IMG/VR virus record: IMGVR_UViG_3300037518_000160
Coordinates: 1-40,585 of that record
Direction: 5' to 3' (one strand)
DNA length: 40,585 nucleotides
Source: a virus
Lineage: Duplodnaviria; Caudoviricetes
In this document: positions 1 through 9,082 of the stretch, one piece after another
Numbering within the stretch: the stretch's first letter is position 1
Layout of the letters: every line of letters starts with the position of its first letter
Notes under the pieces: model-generated
Seen by the model: the letters and a program-made list of their open reading frames with translations, nothing else
What the model was told of the DNA's origin: nothing
Database searches by the model: none
Made by a program: the position numbers and the translations under genes

Positions 1-48
1 GCCTTCCTTTCATAAACCGCCCCGGAACAGGTCGGTCCCGAAAAACTT

Positions 49-468
49 ATGGGCATCAGAGGACGCACATCGTCGGCGCAGCTCGCGGTCATCACTGGCG
101 GTGCTGTTTCGGCCATTCGGAGGCCCGCGGCGCCGAAGGAATTGACGCAGGAGCAGGCCTCGGAGTGGGTGGCGGTGGTGAACCGTCTTCCTGCCGACTG
201 GTTCCAGCGTGAGACGCACGGGCTTCTGGTGGCGTACTGCCGGCATGTGGTGACGGCGCGGCGGGTGGCGCAGTTGATAGCCACCTGTGAGGCTGCCGAT
301 GAATTCAACGTGGACGAGTACGACAAACTCCTGAAGATGCAAGAGCGGGAGGGTCGTGCGATTTCGTCACTGGCGACGAGGATGCGGATTTCGCAGCATG
401 CGACCTACGACAAGAAGCGAAGAAAGCCCATCGAAGCGAAAAAGCCCTGGGGCGAAGAAGAGGAGTAG
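49..468 (+). CDS. terS: Terminase small subunit (P27-like)
   Basis: 139 aa, first gene before terL; 'APKELT..Q..EW..VV' N-terminus, helical core and 'LATRMRIS' C-terminal motif typical of P27-family TerS. Confidence 0.8.
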   Translation: MGIRGRTSSAQLAVITGGAVSAIRRPAAPKELTQEQASEWVAVVNRLPADWFQRETHGLLVAYCRHVVTARRVAQLIATCEAADEFNVDEYDKLLKMQEREGRAISSLATRMRISQHATYDKKRRKPIEAKKPWGEEEE

Positions 469-1969
469 AGGCGAGCGCAACATTGCGTGGATCGAGAAGT
501 ACTGCCGTCTGCCCGAGGGCGACAAGGTAGGGCATCGGGTATCGCTCACGAAGAAGCAGAAGAAGTGGATCAGGCGGATATATGACACGCCGACCCGGAC
601 GTTCATCCTGTCGATGGGCCGCAAGAACGCGAAGACCGTGTTTTCGGCGTTTCTGTTGCTCCTGCACTTGTGCGGGCCTGAAGCGAGAGCGAACAGCCAG
701 CTTTACTCCGCGGCGCAGTCGAAGGACCAGGCGAGCATCCTTTACGCGTATGCCGCGAAGTGCGTGAGGTTGTCCGAGGAGTTGAGCGGGGTGGTGATCA
801 CCAGGGACACCGTGAAGCAGTTGGCGTGTCCTGAGCTGGGAACCTTATACCGGGCGCTGTCGGCGGAAGCCTCTACTGCCTACGGGTTGTCGCCTGCCTT
901 CGTGGTGCACGACGAACTCGGGCAGGTTCGGGGCAAGAGGTCGGAGCTTTACGCGGCGATCGAGACCGCTGCCGGAGCTCAGCCGGAGCCGCTGTCCATC
1001 ATCATCAGCACGCAGTCGCCGAACGATGCGGACCTGCTTTCTCTGCTGATCGAGGATGCGCAGACCGGGCGGAACAAGCGAGTGAAGCTGGAAATCTACG
1101 AGGCTCCGGTTGACGCTGACCCGTTCAGCGTGAAGTCGATCAGGGCGGCGAACCCGCACTTTGACGACTTCATGAACAAGGAAGAAGTGCTCAAGCAGGC
1201 CGAGGATGCAAAGAAGTTGCCGAGCCAGGAGGCGTCCTACCGGAACCTGATTCTCAATCAGCGGGTGGAGGCCCTGAACCCGTTCGTGTCGAAAACGGTG
1301 TGGGCGCGCAACGCCGGCAACCCGCTGGCGAGCATGGACGGTAGGACGATATTCGGCGGTCTGGACCTCTCGGCGGTAGCGGACCTCACCGCCTGCATAT
1401 GGACCGAGCCCGGGGACCGCTGGTCGGTGTGGTCGCAGTTCTGGCTGCCCGAGAAGGGGCTGGTGGAGAAGTCCAGGGTTGACCGGGTGCCATATGACCT
1501 GATGCACCGAGACGGGTTTCTGAGAACGACGCCGGGTGCGTCTATCGAATACGAGTTCGTGGCCGCCTACTTGCGGGACGTGTTCGATCGCTGCGATGTA
1601 CGGGCATTGGCTTTCGACCGCTACAACATGAAGTTCCTCAGGCCGTGGCTTGAAAAGGTGGGCTTCACCGAGGAGGAGCTGGAAAGGTTCATTGAGTTCG
1701 GGCAGGGGTTCGTGTCGATGTCGCCGGCCCTTCGCACACTGGAGAGCCTTCTTCTTGAAAGCAAACTCGCTCACGGAGACCACCCGGTGCTGAAGATGTG
1801 CGCAGCAAACGCGGTGGTGGTGAAGGATCCCGCGGAGAACCGCAAGTTCACGAAGGCCAAGGCGACCGGGAGGATTGACGGCATGGTGGCATTGGCGATG
1901 GCGGTTGCGGTGGCCTCTCAGGGCGGCGAGGTCGAGCTGGAAGTCACCGAGCGGATGGTCTTTCTATGA
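398..1969 (+). CDS. terL: Terminase large subunit (start uncertain, overlaps terS)
   Basis: Walker A-like MGRKNAKT, Walker B VVHDELG, nuclease GLDLS, C-terminal 'KATGRIDGMVALAMA'; nearest in-frame ATG is 398. Confidence 0.95.
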   Translation: MRPTTRSEESPSKRKSPGAKKRSRGERNIAWIEKYCRLPEGDKVGHRVSLTKKQKKWIRRIYDTPTRTFILSMGRKNAKTVFSAFLLLLHLCGPEARANSQLYSAAQSKDQASILYAYAAKCVRLSEELSGVVITRDTVKQLACPELGTLYRALSAEASTAYGLSPAFVVHDELGQVRGKRSELYAAIETAAGAQPEPLSIIISTQSPNDADLLSLLIEDAQTGRNKRVKLEIYEAPVDADPFSVKSIRAANPHFDDFMNKEEVLKQAEDAKKLPSQEASYRNLILNQRVEALNPFVSKTVWARNAGNPLASMDGRTIFGGLDLSAVADLTACIWTEPGDRWSVWSQFWLPEKGLVEKSRVDRVPYDLMHRDGFLRTTPGASIEYEFVAAYLRDVFDRCDVRALAFDRYNMKFLRPWLEKVGFTEEELERFIEFGQGFVSMSPALRTLESLLLESKLAHGDHPVLKMCAANAVVVKDPAENRKFTKAKATGRIDGMVALAMAVAVASQGGEVELEVTERMVFL

Positions 1970-3237
1970 AAAAGAAAGTTCGAAGCCGAAAATCGCTGTC
2001 GCGGAAGTCGACCGACGGGATGGCTCTTGACAGGCTGATCCGTGGGCTCGGGGCGGCGTACGAGACGCTCTCGGGCATCGAGGTGACGCCCGACAATTGC
2101 GAGGAGTCGCCGACCGTCCAGGCGCTCGTGAACGCGATCGCGATGCGCATTTCGACCCTGCCGGTGCATGTGTATCTGAAGACCATCAGCGGGAACCGAA
2201 CGACCAAGGAGCTACAGCCGAACCACCCGGTAGAGAGGCTGCTGAAGAAGCCGAATCCGTGGCAGACGGCGCCGAACTACTGGCTCGATGCGACCTCCTG
2301 GCTGGTGCGGTGGGGACGTTACCACGCATTCAAAGCCCGCGGCGTGACTGGTCCGATTCTCCGGCTGATCCCGATTCACCCTGGGTCCGTCGAGGTGGAG
2401 CAGGACAAGAACACTCTGAACGTGTTCTTTCGCGTGACACAGTTGGATGGCAAGCAAAGAGACTTCCAGTTCGAGGAGATGCACTACGCCCGCGGCCGAG
2501 CGAAGGATGGCGTGAAGGGCGATTCTCCGGTGACGCAAGCCCGTGAGGCGATTGCTTTGGAAATTGCCGCGCAGCGCTTCGGTGCTTCGTTCTTCGGCAA
2601 TGGCGCGATGCCGTTCATGGTGTTCAAGTACCTGGCCGGGGCTAGGGGGACGGACGAGCAGCGAAAACAGTTCATCCAGGATTTCCAGGTGGCCTACGGC
2701 AAGGGAAAACGGTTCCGGGCGATGCTGCTCCCGCCAGGTATTGATGCCGGCGACCCTGTGGCGGTGGAGAACGAGAAGGCGCAGTTCCTACAGACCCGAC
2801 AGCTTCAGCGCACGATCATCTGCGGAGCGTTCGGAGTTCCGCCGCATCTGGCCGGGGACTTGACCAAGATGACGTTCAACAGTTCGGAGCAGCAGTCTAT
2901 CGACTTGCAGCAGGCGGTGATTTTGCCCTACGTGCGGATTTTCGAGGCGGCGATGGAACGCGACCTCCTGACAGACGAGGACCGCCGCGGCGGAATCATC
3001 ATCCGCTTCAACCTGGATGCTTCGCTCCGGGCGTCCTTCAAGGAACGCCAGGACGGTCTCAAGATCATGCGCGAGAACGGGGTCATCAACCCGAACGAGT
3101 GGCGCGAGAGGGAGGGGATGAATCCGCGGGACGGTGGCGAGGAGTATTGGGAGCAGGGGCCGTCCGGGCAGGGCACTCCTGCGGCGGCTCCAGCGGCCCC
3201 AGCACCAGAAGAGGACGACAATGACGACGCAACTTGA
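1966..3237 (+). CDS. HK97-family portal protein
   Basis: LLKKPNPWQT, FFGNGAMP, ICGAFGVPPHLAG, INPNEWREREGMNP motifs; position after terL. Confidence 0.95.
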   Translation: MKKKVRSRKSLSRKSTDGMALDRLIRGLGAAYETLSGIEVTPDNCEESPTVQALVNAIAMRISTLPVHVYLKTISGNRTTKELQPNHPVERLLKKPNPWQTAPNYWLDATSWLVRWGRYHAFKARGVTGPILRLIPIHPGSVEVEQDKNTLNVFFRVTQLDGKQRDFQFEEMHYARGRAKDGVKGDSPVTQAREAIALEIAAQRFGASFFGNGAMPFMVFKYLAGARGTDEQRKQFIQDFQVAYGKGKRFRAMLLPPGIDAGDPVAVENEKAQFLQTRQLQRTIICGAFGVPPHLAGDLTKMTFNSSEQQSIDLQQAVILPYVRIFEAAMERDLLTDEDRRGGIIIRFNLDASLRASFKERQDGLKIMRENGVINPNEWREREGMNPRDGGEEYWEQGPSGQGTPAAAPAAPAPEEDDNDDAT

Positions 3238-3952
3238 GCGACGTGTAATCCCCCTTCACTCTGCCGAGTTGAAGTTCGCCGGTAAGCAAGGCGAGTTCTC
3301 GGGATATGGGGCCTACTATGGCAACAAGGATGCGCATGGCGACGTCATCGCGGCCGGTTCGTCCTCGAACTCTCTGGAGGAATGGAAGGAACGCGGCAAG
3401 TGGCCCCCGATGCTGCTCCAGCACGGCGGCTTCGGTATCGGTGCCGACGACATGCTCCCCATTGGCGAGTGGACCCACATGGAGGAGAACAATCGCGGGC
3501 TGAAGGTGGACGGGCGGCTTTTCGCCATGAACACCGAGCGCGGCCAGTACGTCTACGAGGGATTGAAGTCCGGGGTTTTGGACGGCCTCTCGATTGGCTT
3601 TCGCGTTCGCGCCGAGGAAGTCGGCGAGAAGCCGGGCGAGAGAATCATCAAGGACATCGATCTCTGGGAAGTGTCGGTTGTCACCTTCCCTGCGAACACC
3701 AGAGCAAGAGTTACGACTGTCAAGTCATTGACGGTCGAGGAACTGCGCGACTTGGAAGTGGCCCTCGGCGAGCGAGGGGTTTCGCGCAAGGACCGCGGGA
3801 TCGCGGTTGCCTACTTCAAGCAGTGGCTCCAGCGTGATGCGGGAGAGCCGGGGAACGCGCCTCGTGAGGAGGTTGCGCCGGATGAAGTCGAGAAGTTGCT
3901 GGAAGAGCTGCAGGCGAAGGTTTGCGCCGGATCGTTCAGGCGCCGCCAGTAG
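3221..3952 (+). CDS. HK97-family prohead protease
   Basis: FSGYGAYYGNKDAHGD, MLLQH, GLSIGF, LWEVSVVTFPAN; ATG 3221 preceded by GAGGA. Confidence 0.95.
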   Translation: MTTQLERRVIPLHSAELKFAGKQGEFSGYGAYYGNKDAHGDVIAAGSSSNSLEEWKERGKWPPMLLQHGGFGIGADDMLPIGEWTHMEENNRGLKVDGRLFAMNTERGQYVYEGLKSGVLDGLSIGFRVRAEEVGEKPGERIIKDIDLWEVSVVTFPANTRARVTTVKSLTVEELRDLEVALGERGVSRKDRGIAVAYFKQWLQRDAGEPGNAPREEVAPDEVEKLLEELQAKVCAGSFRRRQ

Positions 3953-3975
3953 TTCCAACAGCATCCCGCAACCGA

Positions 3976-3997
3976 GCCGCCTTCTGGGCGGTTTTTC
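3976..3997 (+). promoter_or_regulatory. Hairpin plus U-tract directly upstream of the major capsid RBS
   Basis: GCCGCC-TTCTG-GGCGGT-TTTTC followed by TGGAGGT SD; same architecture upstream of the tail tube gene. Confidence 0.6.
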
Positions 3998-4014
3998 ATT
4001 TCTGGAGGTAGCAA

Positions 4015-5322
4015 ATGAGTTCCATGATCGACATCAAGAAGGCCATCGACGGCGTCGGTGAGTCCTTCGAGGAGTACAAGCGCGTCAACGACGAGCGCAT
4101 CAAGGCCGTCGAATCAGGCAACGAGGGCAAGGCGAAGGAACTGCAGGCCAAGCTCGACAAGATCGAGAAGGACGTGCACGGTTTCTCTGAGCTCAAGAAG
4201 AGCATCGAGCAGGAGATCCAGTTCCAGCGCGAGCGCCTCGAGGAGCTGGAAGCGTCGGCGAAGACCCCGGGCAAGACCTCCGGGGAGAAGCTGCGCGACG
4301 AGCACAAGGAAGCGTTCCTCAGTTGGGTGCGCAACAAGGGCCAGTCCGCATCGGACGAGCAGAAGCTGCAGGACCTGCAGAGGAAGCTGATCCAGCACAA
4401 GGACGTGTCCATCGGCTCGGACGCCGGCGGCGGCTTTGCGGTGCCGGAAGTCATCGCGCGCGAGATCGAGCGCCTGGAGAAGAAGTTTTCTCCCGTTCGT
4501 GACCTCGTGAAGGTGGTGCAGGCCGGTTCCTCGGACTACAAGGAGCTGGTCAACATCCGCGGCGCTACTTCGGGCTGGATCGGCGAGAACTCTTCGCCTG
4601 GTCGTCAACTGACCACCACGCCTAGCCTGCGTGAGCGCGCGCCGACCTTCGGCGAGCTCTACGCCTACCCGCAGGCGTCGGAATGGTCGCTGGACGACAT
4701 CTTCTTCAACGTGGAGAACTGGCTCGCCGAAGAGGTGGCCCAGGAGTTCGCCATTGCGGAGGGTGAAGCGGTCATCAACGGTACGGGGTCCAATCAGCCG
4801 ACGGGGATGATCAACACTGCCCCGACGAACGAAGACGACGCCTTCCCGCCGGATCGGGAGCCCACCGAGTACCAGTTCGTCCCGGTCCTCACGTCGCTCT
4901 CGCCGGCCGTGGCCGAGATCAGGGCCGATCCCCTGATCGACGTGGCCTACAAGCTGAACTCGGCCTACCGGGCGGGGGCTGCGTGGGCGATGAACTCGAA
5001 CACCACGGGAGCCATTCGCAAGCTGAAGGACTCGAATGGGCAATACCTGTGGCAGCCGAGTCTCCAGGTGGGGCAGCCCGACATGCTGCTCGGCTATCGC
5101 GTGGCGACCTGGGAGCAACTGGACGACATCGGGACCGACAAGCTCCCGGTGGTGTTCGGCAACTTCCGGCGCGCCTACGTGCTGGCCGATCGCGTGGGCC
5201 TGCGGATCACGCGGGACAACGTGACCAACATCGGCTTCGTCAAGTTCTACATTCGCCGTCGTGAGGGTGGAACCATCCTCAATAACGACTCGCTGAAGTG
5301 GATCAAGACGACGATCGCGTAA
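4015..5322 (+). CDS. Major capsid protein, HK97 fold with coiled-coil delta domain
   Basis: N-terminal coiled coil, GGFAVPE, LKDSNGQYLWQP, LLGYRV, FGNF motifs; strong SD. Confidence 0.97.
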   Translation: MSSMIDIKKAIDGVGESFEEYKRVNDERIKAVESGNEGKAKELQAKLDKIEKDVHGFSELKKSIEQEIQFQRERLEELEASAKTPGKTSGEKLRDEHKEAFLSWVRNKGQSASDEQKLQDLQRKLIQHKDVSIGSDAGGGFAVPEVIAREIERLEKKFSPVRDLVKVVQAGSSDYKELVNIRGATSGWIGENSSPGRQLTTTPSLRERAPTFGELYAYPQASEWSLDDIFFNVENWLAEEVAQEFAIAEGEAVINGTGSNQPTGMINTAPTNEDDAFPPDREPTEYQFVPVLTSLSPAVAEIRADPLIDVAYKLNSAYRAGAAWAMNSNTTGAIRKLKDSNGQYLWQPSLQVGQPDMLLGYRVATWEQLDDIGTDKLPVVFGNFRRAYVLADRVGLRITRDNVTNIGFVKFYIRRREGGTILNNDSLKWIKTTIA

Positions 5323-5340
5323 GCGTGAAGCGTGAAAGGT

Positions 5341-5368
5341 GCGGGGGCTTTCGAGCCCCCGCTTTTTT
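5341..5368 (+). terminator. Rho-independent terminator after the capsid gene
   Basis: GCGGGGGCT-TTCG-AGCCCCCGC-TTTTTT. Confidence 0.9.
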
Positions 5369-5379
5369 CTGAGGTCGAC

Positions 5380-5475
5380 ATGAAACGAAAGCGCAAGCCG
5401 AAACGTCGCGTCGTTCTCAGAAAAGGGCCGGCGCCGCAGAACAAGATGCTGCTCCGCGCGCCCGAGAACAAGTGA
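5380..5475 (+). CDS. Small basic protein (MKRKRKPKRR...APQNKMLLRAPENK)
   Basis: Read from sequence (not in ORF track); GAGGT SD; APENK-type ending seen in small post-capsid phage proteins. Confidence 0.6.
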   Translation: MKRKRKPKRRVVLRKGPAPQNKMLLRAPENK

Positions 5476-5633
5476 AGCGCAGGCAGGGGAAGGTGAAGGC
5501 CTTTGCGCTCTATCCGAGCGTGATGGCGCATGCCGTCGCGTTTGCGTTCGGCCGCAGGATTCCTCGTCTTGAGCTTCACATGCTCATCAAGCGAGGCCAG
5601 CCGGTCGCATCTACTTGCATTGCGCGTCGGTGA
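5472..5633 (+). CDS. Hypothetical 53-aa protein
   Basis: GTGA overlaps at both ends, fills the gap exactly. Confidence 0.45.
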   Translation: MKRRQGKVKAFALYPSVMAHAVAFAFGRRIPRLELHMLIKRGQPVASTCIARR

Positions 5634-6235
5634 ATCCTTGGGCTGCCCCGAAACTCTGGCCGGGGGCGCCGGTCGTTGTGGCTGCTTCGGGTCCGTCGCT
5701 TACCCAGGAGCAGGTGGACTACGTGAAGGGCAGGGCGAGGGTGGTAGCGGTCAACGATGCGGTCTATCTCGCGCCGTGGGCCGATGTTCTCTACGCGGCG
5801 GACGAGAAGTGGTGGCTTCACCACATGAAGAATCTCTCGCACTTCGTGGGGCTGATGGTGTGCGCGACGAAGAATTCAAAGCTGCACGGGGTGAACGTGA
5901 TCGGGGCCAGTCTCGATCCACCCGGGCAGGGGTTTGCGAATCCGCAATACATCCGAGGCGGGAATAGCGGGGCGAGCGCGATGCACCTGGCTTTTCACCT
6001 TGGGGCGGGGTCGATCTACCTTCTCGGGTGCGATTGCAAGGATGGGCTGAAGGGAAGGCATTTCTTCGGCGAGCATCCGGCGCAGTTGAACCGCGGCTCG
6101 AACTACGGGACTTTCGCGGCGCACTTCAAGATCATCGGTGCGGAGATCGAGAAGCGGGGGGTGAAGGTGGTGAACTGCTCGCCGGATTCCGCGCTTTCAT
6201 GGTTCCCGAAAATACCGCTTCATGAGGTGCTGTGA
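5630..6235 (+). CDS. Maf/DUF115-like (sialyltransferase-type fold) putative nonulosonate/ulosonate transferase
   Basis: VVVAASGPSL, VVAVNDA, ADVLYAAD, GNSG..AMHLAFHLGA..IYLLGCD, VVNCS motifs. Confidence 0.7.
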   Translation: MNPWAAPKLWPGAPVVVAASGPSLTQEQVDYVKGRARVVAVNDAVYLAPWADVLYAADEKWWLHHMKNLSHFVGLMVCATKNSKLHGVNVIGASLDPPGQGFANPQYIRGGNSGASAMHLAFHLGAGSIYLLGCDCKDGLKGRHFFGEHPAQLNRGSNYGTFAAHFKIIGAEIEKRGVKVVNCSPDSALSWFPKIPLHEVL

Positions 6236-6828
6236 TGGCGCAGCATGTGGGCGACATCCACGGGTTTTCTGGAAAGCCGTGGCCGCAGTATCAGCGAGAG
6301 ATTCATGGCTTCATCGCTCTACTGAAAGCCGAGGGGGTGAGGTCGTATCTGGAGGTGGGCTGCAGGTACGGCGACACCTGGCACGCGGTGGGCAGTGCTT
6401 TGCCGGAAGGTTCTCTACTTGTGGGTGTTGATCTCCCGGGATTCAAGAGCGGGACGGAGAACAAGGGAAGTCATCAGGACAGCGGTCTCTATCTGAAGCG
6501 CGCTGCGGTGGACTTGCGGGCGAAGGGCCGGGATGCCCACGTCATCATCGGCGACAGTCACGAGCAGGACACGGTTCAACTGACGGCGACGTTTGCGCCA
6601 TTCGATGCGGCTTTACTGGATGGCGACCATTCGAGCGATGGAATCACTGCTGACTGGAACTCCTACGGGAAGATGGCGCGCATGGTGGCCTTTCACGATA
6701 TCGCCGGGATGGGAAGGTGGCCTTGCCAGGTCCGTCCGGTGTACGAGAAGGCGTGCATTGGAAGAAGGCACGAGGAGTTCATCTACGACGGGCTACGTCG
6801 TGGAATAGGCGTGGTGTGGACGTGCTGA
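6235..6828 (+). CDS. Class I SAM-dependent methyltransferase (Methyltransf_24-like, glycan O-methyltransferase type)
   Basis: YLEVGCRYGDT, IIGDS, LLDGDHS, VAFHDI. Confidence 0.85.
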   Translation: MAQHVGDIHGFSGKPWPQYQREIHGFIALLKAEGVRSYLEVGCRYGDTWHAVGSALPEGSLLVGVDLPGFKSGTENKGSHQDSGLYLKRAAVDLRAKGRDAHVIIGDSHEQDTVQLTATFAPFDAALLDGDHSSDGITADWNSYGKMARMVAFHDIAGMGRWPCQVRPVYEKACIGRRHEEFIYDGLRRGIGVVWTC

Positions 6829-7532
6829 CGGTCGTTTGCTTCTGGTGGTTCGATCCGCACGGCAAGGCGAATCACGTCTACATCTACGGGGCCGATCACG
6901 TCGTCATGCTCAAGCGCATGGTGGAACGACACCTCACTGTGCCGCATGAATTCGTGTGCGTGACGGATAAGCCGGAGAAGCTCCCGGGCATTCGCACGGT
7001 GAAGCTGGACCGCAAGACATGGGTGCCGGGCACGCGCTACGTGAAGTTGATGCTCTGGCGAAAGGACATTGCTGAAGTTATCGGCGAGCGCATCCTGTAT
7101 CTGGACCTTGACTGCGTGGTGACGCGCAACCTGGATCATCTAGTGCAACGGGACGAGGACGTGGTGCTGTGGAGAAACCCGAACTTCGGCGGCAAGAGAA
7201 GGGCGAGGTACAACACCAGCATCATGCTGTTCACAGCGGGGGCGAGGCCCGAGCTCTACGAGACTTTCGATCCGCACCGTCACCCCGGAGAGTTGAGGCA
7301 GAAGTGGGGCGGCACGGATCAGGCTTGGATTTCCACGCGATGCTCGCCGGAAGAAGCGTACTGGACCGATGCAGACGGGGTCTACGGGGCCGGCAGGCTG
7401 AAGGACATCGTGCCCGGGGTGGGGACGACGCTACCCGAGAACGCGCGCATTGTTTTCTTTCCCGGAAGCCGCGAGCCCGGGATGAAGACGGTGCAGCAGT
7501 TGCACCCGTGGATCAAGGAACACCGGGTTTGA
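6822..7532 (+). CDS. GT-A fold glycosyltransferase (GT8-like)
   Basis: FVCVTD, ILYLDLDCVV (DxD), YNTSIM, GTDQAWI, IVFFPG; GTG start at 6822. Confidence 0.85.
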   Translation: MLTVVCFWWFDPHGKANHVYIYGADHVVMLKRMVERHLTVPHEFVCVTDKPEKLPGIRTVKLDRKTWVPGTRYVKLMLWRKDIAEVIGERILYLDLDCVVTRNLDHLVQRDEDVVLWRNPNFGGKRRARYNTSIMLFTAGARPELYETFDPHRHPGELRQKWGGTDQAWISTRCSPEEAYWTDADGVYGAGRLKDIVPGVGTTLPENARIVFFPGSREPGMKTVQQLHPWIKEHRV

Positions 7533-8101
7533 TCTCCGCGAAGGCAAAGACGACCGCTGCGCGCTATTGCGGGGTGATGGCGAGCGAGTACGACCGGCGC
7601 CGTTCGAGTCAGGAGAAGTGGCGCGCGGAGGAGAAGGCTCTGAGGGCGCATCTCGATCCGATGCCGGCGGGAACTTCGGTGCTCGATTGCCCGTGCGGTA
7701 CGGGAAGGTTTTTCCCCTACTACGTGAAGAAGGGTTTTTGCGCGGCGGGGGTGGACGTGTCCGCGGACATGCTGAAGCAGGCCGAGAAGAAGGGCGTCGA
7801 GGTGAAGCTCGGCGATGTCTTCGCGCTTGATTTCGCAGACGGGGCTTTCGATGTCGCGGTGGTGATGCGGTTTATGAATCTTATCGAGGCGCCGGATGTG
7901 AAGCAGGCGCTCGGCGAACTACAGAGGGTGTCGCGCATGGTGATCTTCGGGCTGAGAGAGGGGACGAAGGAAACCGGGAACTATCACTCGCCGCACCAGC
8001 TTTCGCTGATCGAGGAGTCGCTCGTGCGAGGCTGGCGGATCAGCGATAACCACCGCATGCACCAGGAGGACTACCGGCTGATCGTGCTGTGCGCTGGGTA
8101 G
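7529..8101 (+). CDS. Class I SAM-dependent methyltransferase (type 11/25)
   Basis: VLDCPCGTGRF, GVDVSADML, FADGAFDVAV; TTGA overlap with the previous gene. Confidence 0.88.
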   Translation: MISAKAKTTAARYCGVMASEYDRRRSSQEKWRAEEKALRAHLDPMPAGTSVLDCPCGTGRFFPYYVKKGFCAAGVDVSADMLKQAEKKGVEVKLGDVFALDFADGAFDVAVVMRFMNLIEAPDVKQALGELQRVSRMVIFGLREGTKETGNYHSPHQLSLIEESLVRGWRISDNHRMHQEDYRLIVLCAG

Positions 8102-8712
8102 ATGTCGCCGGGCCTCCGGGGGTCGGGAAGTCTACGCTGTGCGATGAATTGTGGCACCCGAGGGCGGTGCAATGGGATGCAGGGCCATATCCCGGCGAGT
8201 GGTCCGAATTCATCAGGTGCACGAATAGGCTTCTGGTGAAGATTTCCAACCATCCGAGCATCAATGCGTGCAGATCCTTGGTGACGCGGGGGTTTCGCAA
8301 GATAGCGACGGTGAACCGAATGAAGCGCGAGGGCGTGTACGTGCAGACCGCATTCGCGCAGCGCGGGCTGGGGATTGGCTGGAGACTCAATGATCCCGAG
8401 GACATCGCGCAATATTTCGAGCTGATGCCCGTATCGGTTGGCGTGGTGTTTCTCTATGCCGACGTGGACACGGTGCGGAAGCGAAACCGCGACCGCGGCA
8501 AAGATCGCTCGCACATGGTGGCGAAAATGGAACGACCGCGGGAGATCGCGCTGGAGGTTCTGGGGCGCCGCGGGGTGAAGTTACTCAAGCTCGATACCAG
8601 GGAGCCGATTGCTCTGAATGCAAGACGACTGCGCGATTTCGCCGGCATCGTTTCTGAGCCCGCTGCGGCTGGACATCCTCATCAAGCATCGGTTCTTTCG
8701 TCACCTTCTTGA
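8089..8712 (+). CDS. P-loop kinase (NMP/small-molecule kinase-like)
   Basis: N-terminal VDVAGPPGVGKSTL; VVFLYAD...RKRNRDR lid motif; C-terminal LDT. Confidence 0.75.
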   Translation: MRWVDVAGPPGVGKSTLCDELWHPRAVQWDAGPYPGEWSEFIRCTNRLLVKISNHPSINACRSLVTRGFRKIATVNRMKREGVYVQTAFAQRGLGIGWRLNDPEDIAQYFELMPVSVGVVFLYADVDTVRKRNRDRGKDRSHMVAKMERPREIALEVLGRRGVKLLKLDTREPIALNARRLRDFAGIVSEPAAAGHPHQASVLSSPS

Positions 8713-9082
8713 GGGCGGGATAGGGGACGCGGAAGCAGTTTACCGCTGGCACATTCTCGGGCGCACTGGAGGGCGCGAGAAGAAAAGCCACAAGGTGACG
8801 ATAGAGCATTACGTCATCGGCTGCCACGAGCTGCTCGGGTCGTTCAGGGCGCGGGGATTCGATCCGGCCTATCCGGTGCTGGTCGGGAGCAACGACGTGC
8901 TGATGGACGGCGCGCATCGCATTGCCTGCGCCCTGACCTTGGGCGTGGATGTCCGAGTGAGGAGACTGCCGCGCGAGGGCCGCGCGCAGGAGTGGGGCTG
9001 CTACGCACTGAAAAGGCACGGCATGCCGGTGCAGCAGATAGACGCCTTGCTCGCCGAGTGTCTGAGGATTCAATGCGCGTAG
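8618..9082 (+). CDS. ParB/sulfiredoxin-like domain protein
   Basis: SFRARGFDPAYPVLV...LMDGAHRIACALTLG is the ParB/Srx 'DGxHR' signature. Confidence 0.7.
   Translation: MQDDCAISPASFLSPLRLDILIKHRFFRHLLEGGIGDAEAVYRWHILGRTGGREKKSHKVTIEHYVIGCHELLGSFRARGFDPAYPVLVGSNDVLMDGAHRIACALTLGVDVRVRRLPREGRAQEWGCYALKRHGMPVQQIDALLAECLRIQCA

Noticed and set aside
356-468. Possible terS-terL frameshift fusion
   Set aside because: An in-frame ATG at 398 gives an ordinary overlap; no convincing slippery site
8618-9082. ParB as a plasmid-prophage partition system
   Set aside because: Only the catalytic-type ParB/Srx domain, no HTH and no ParA; the neighbouring P-loop protein is kinase-like
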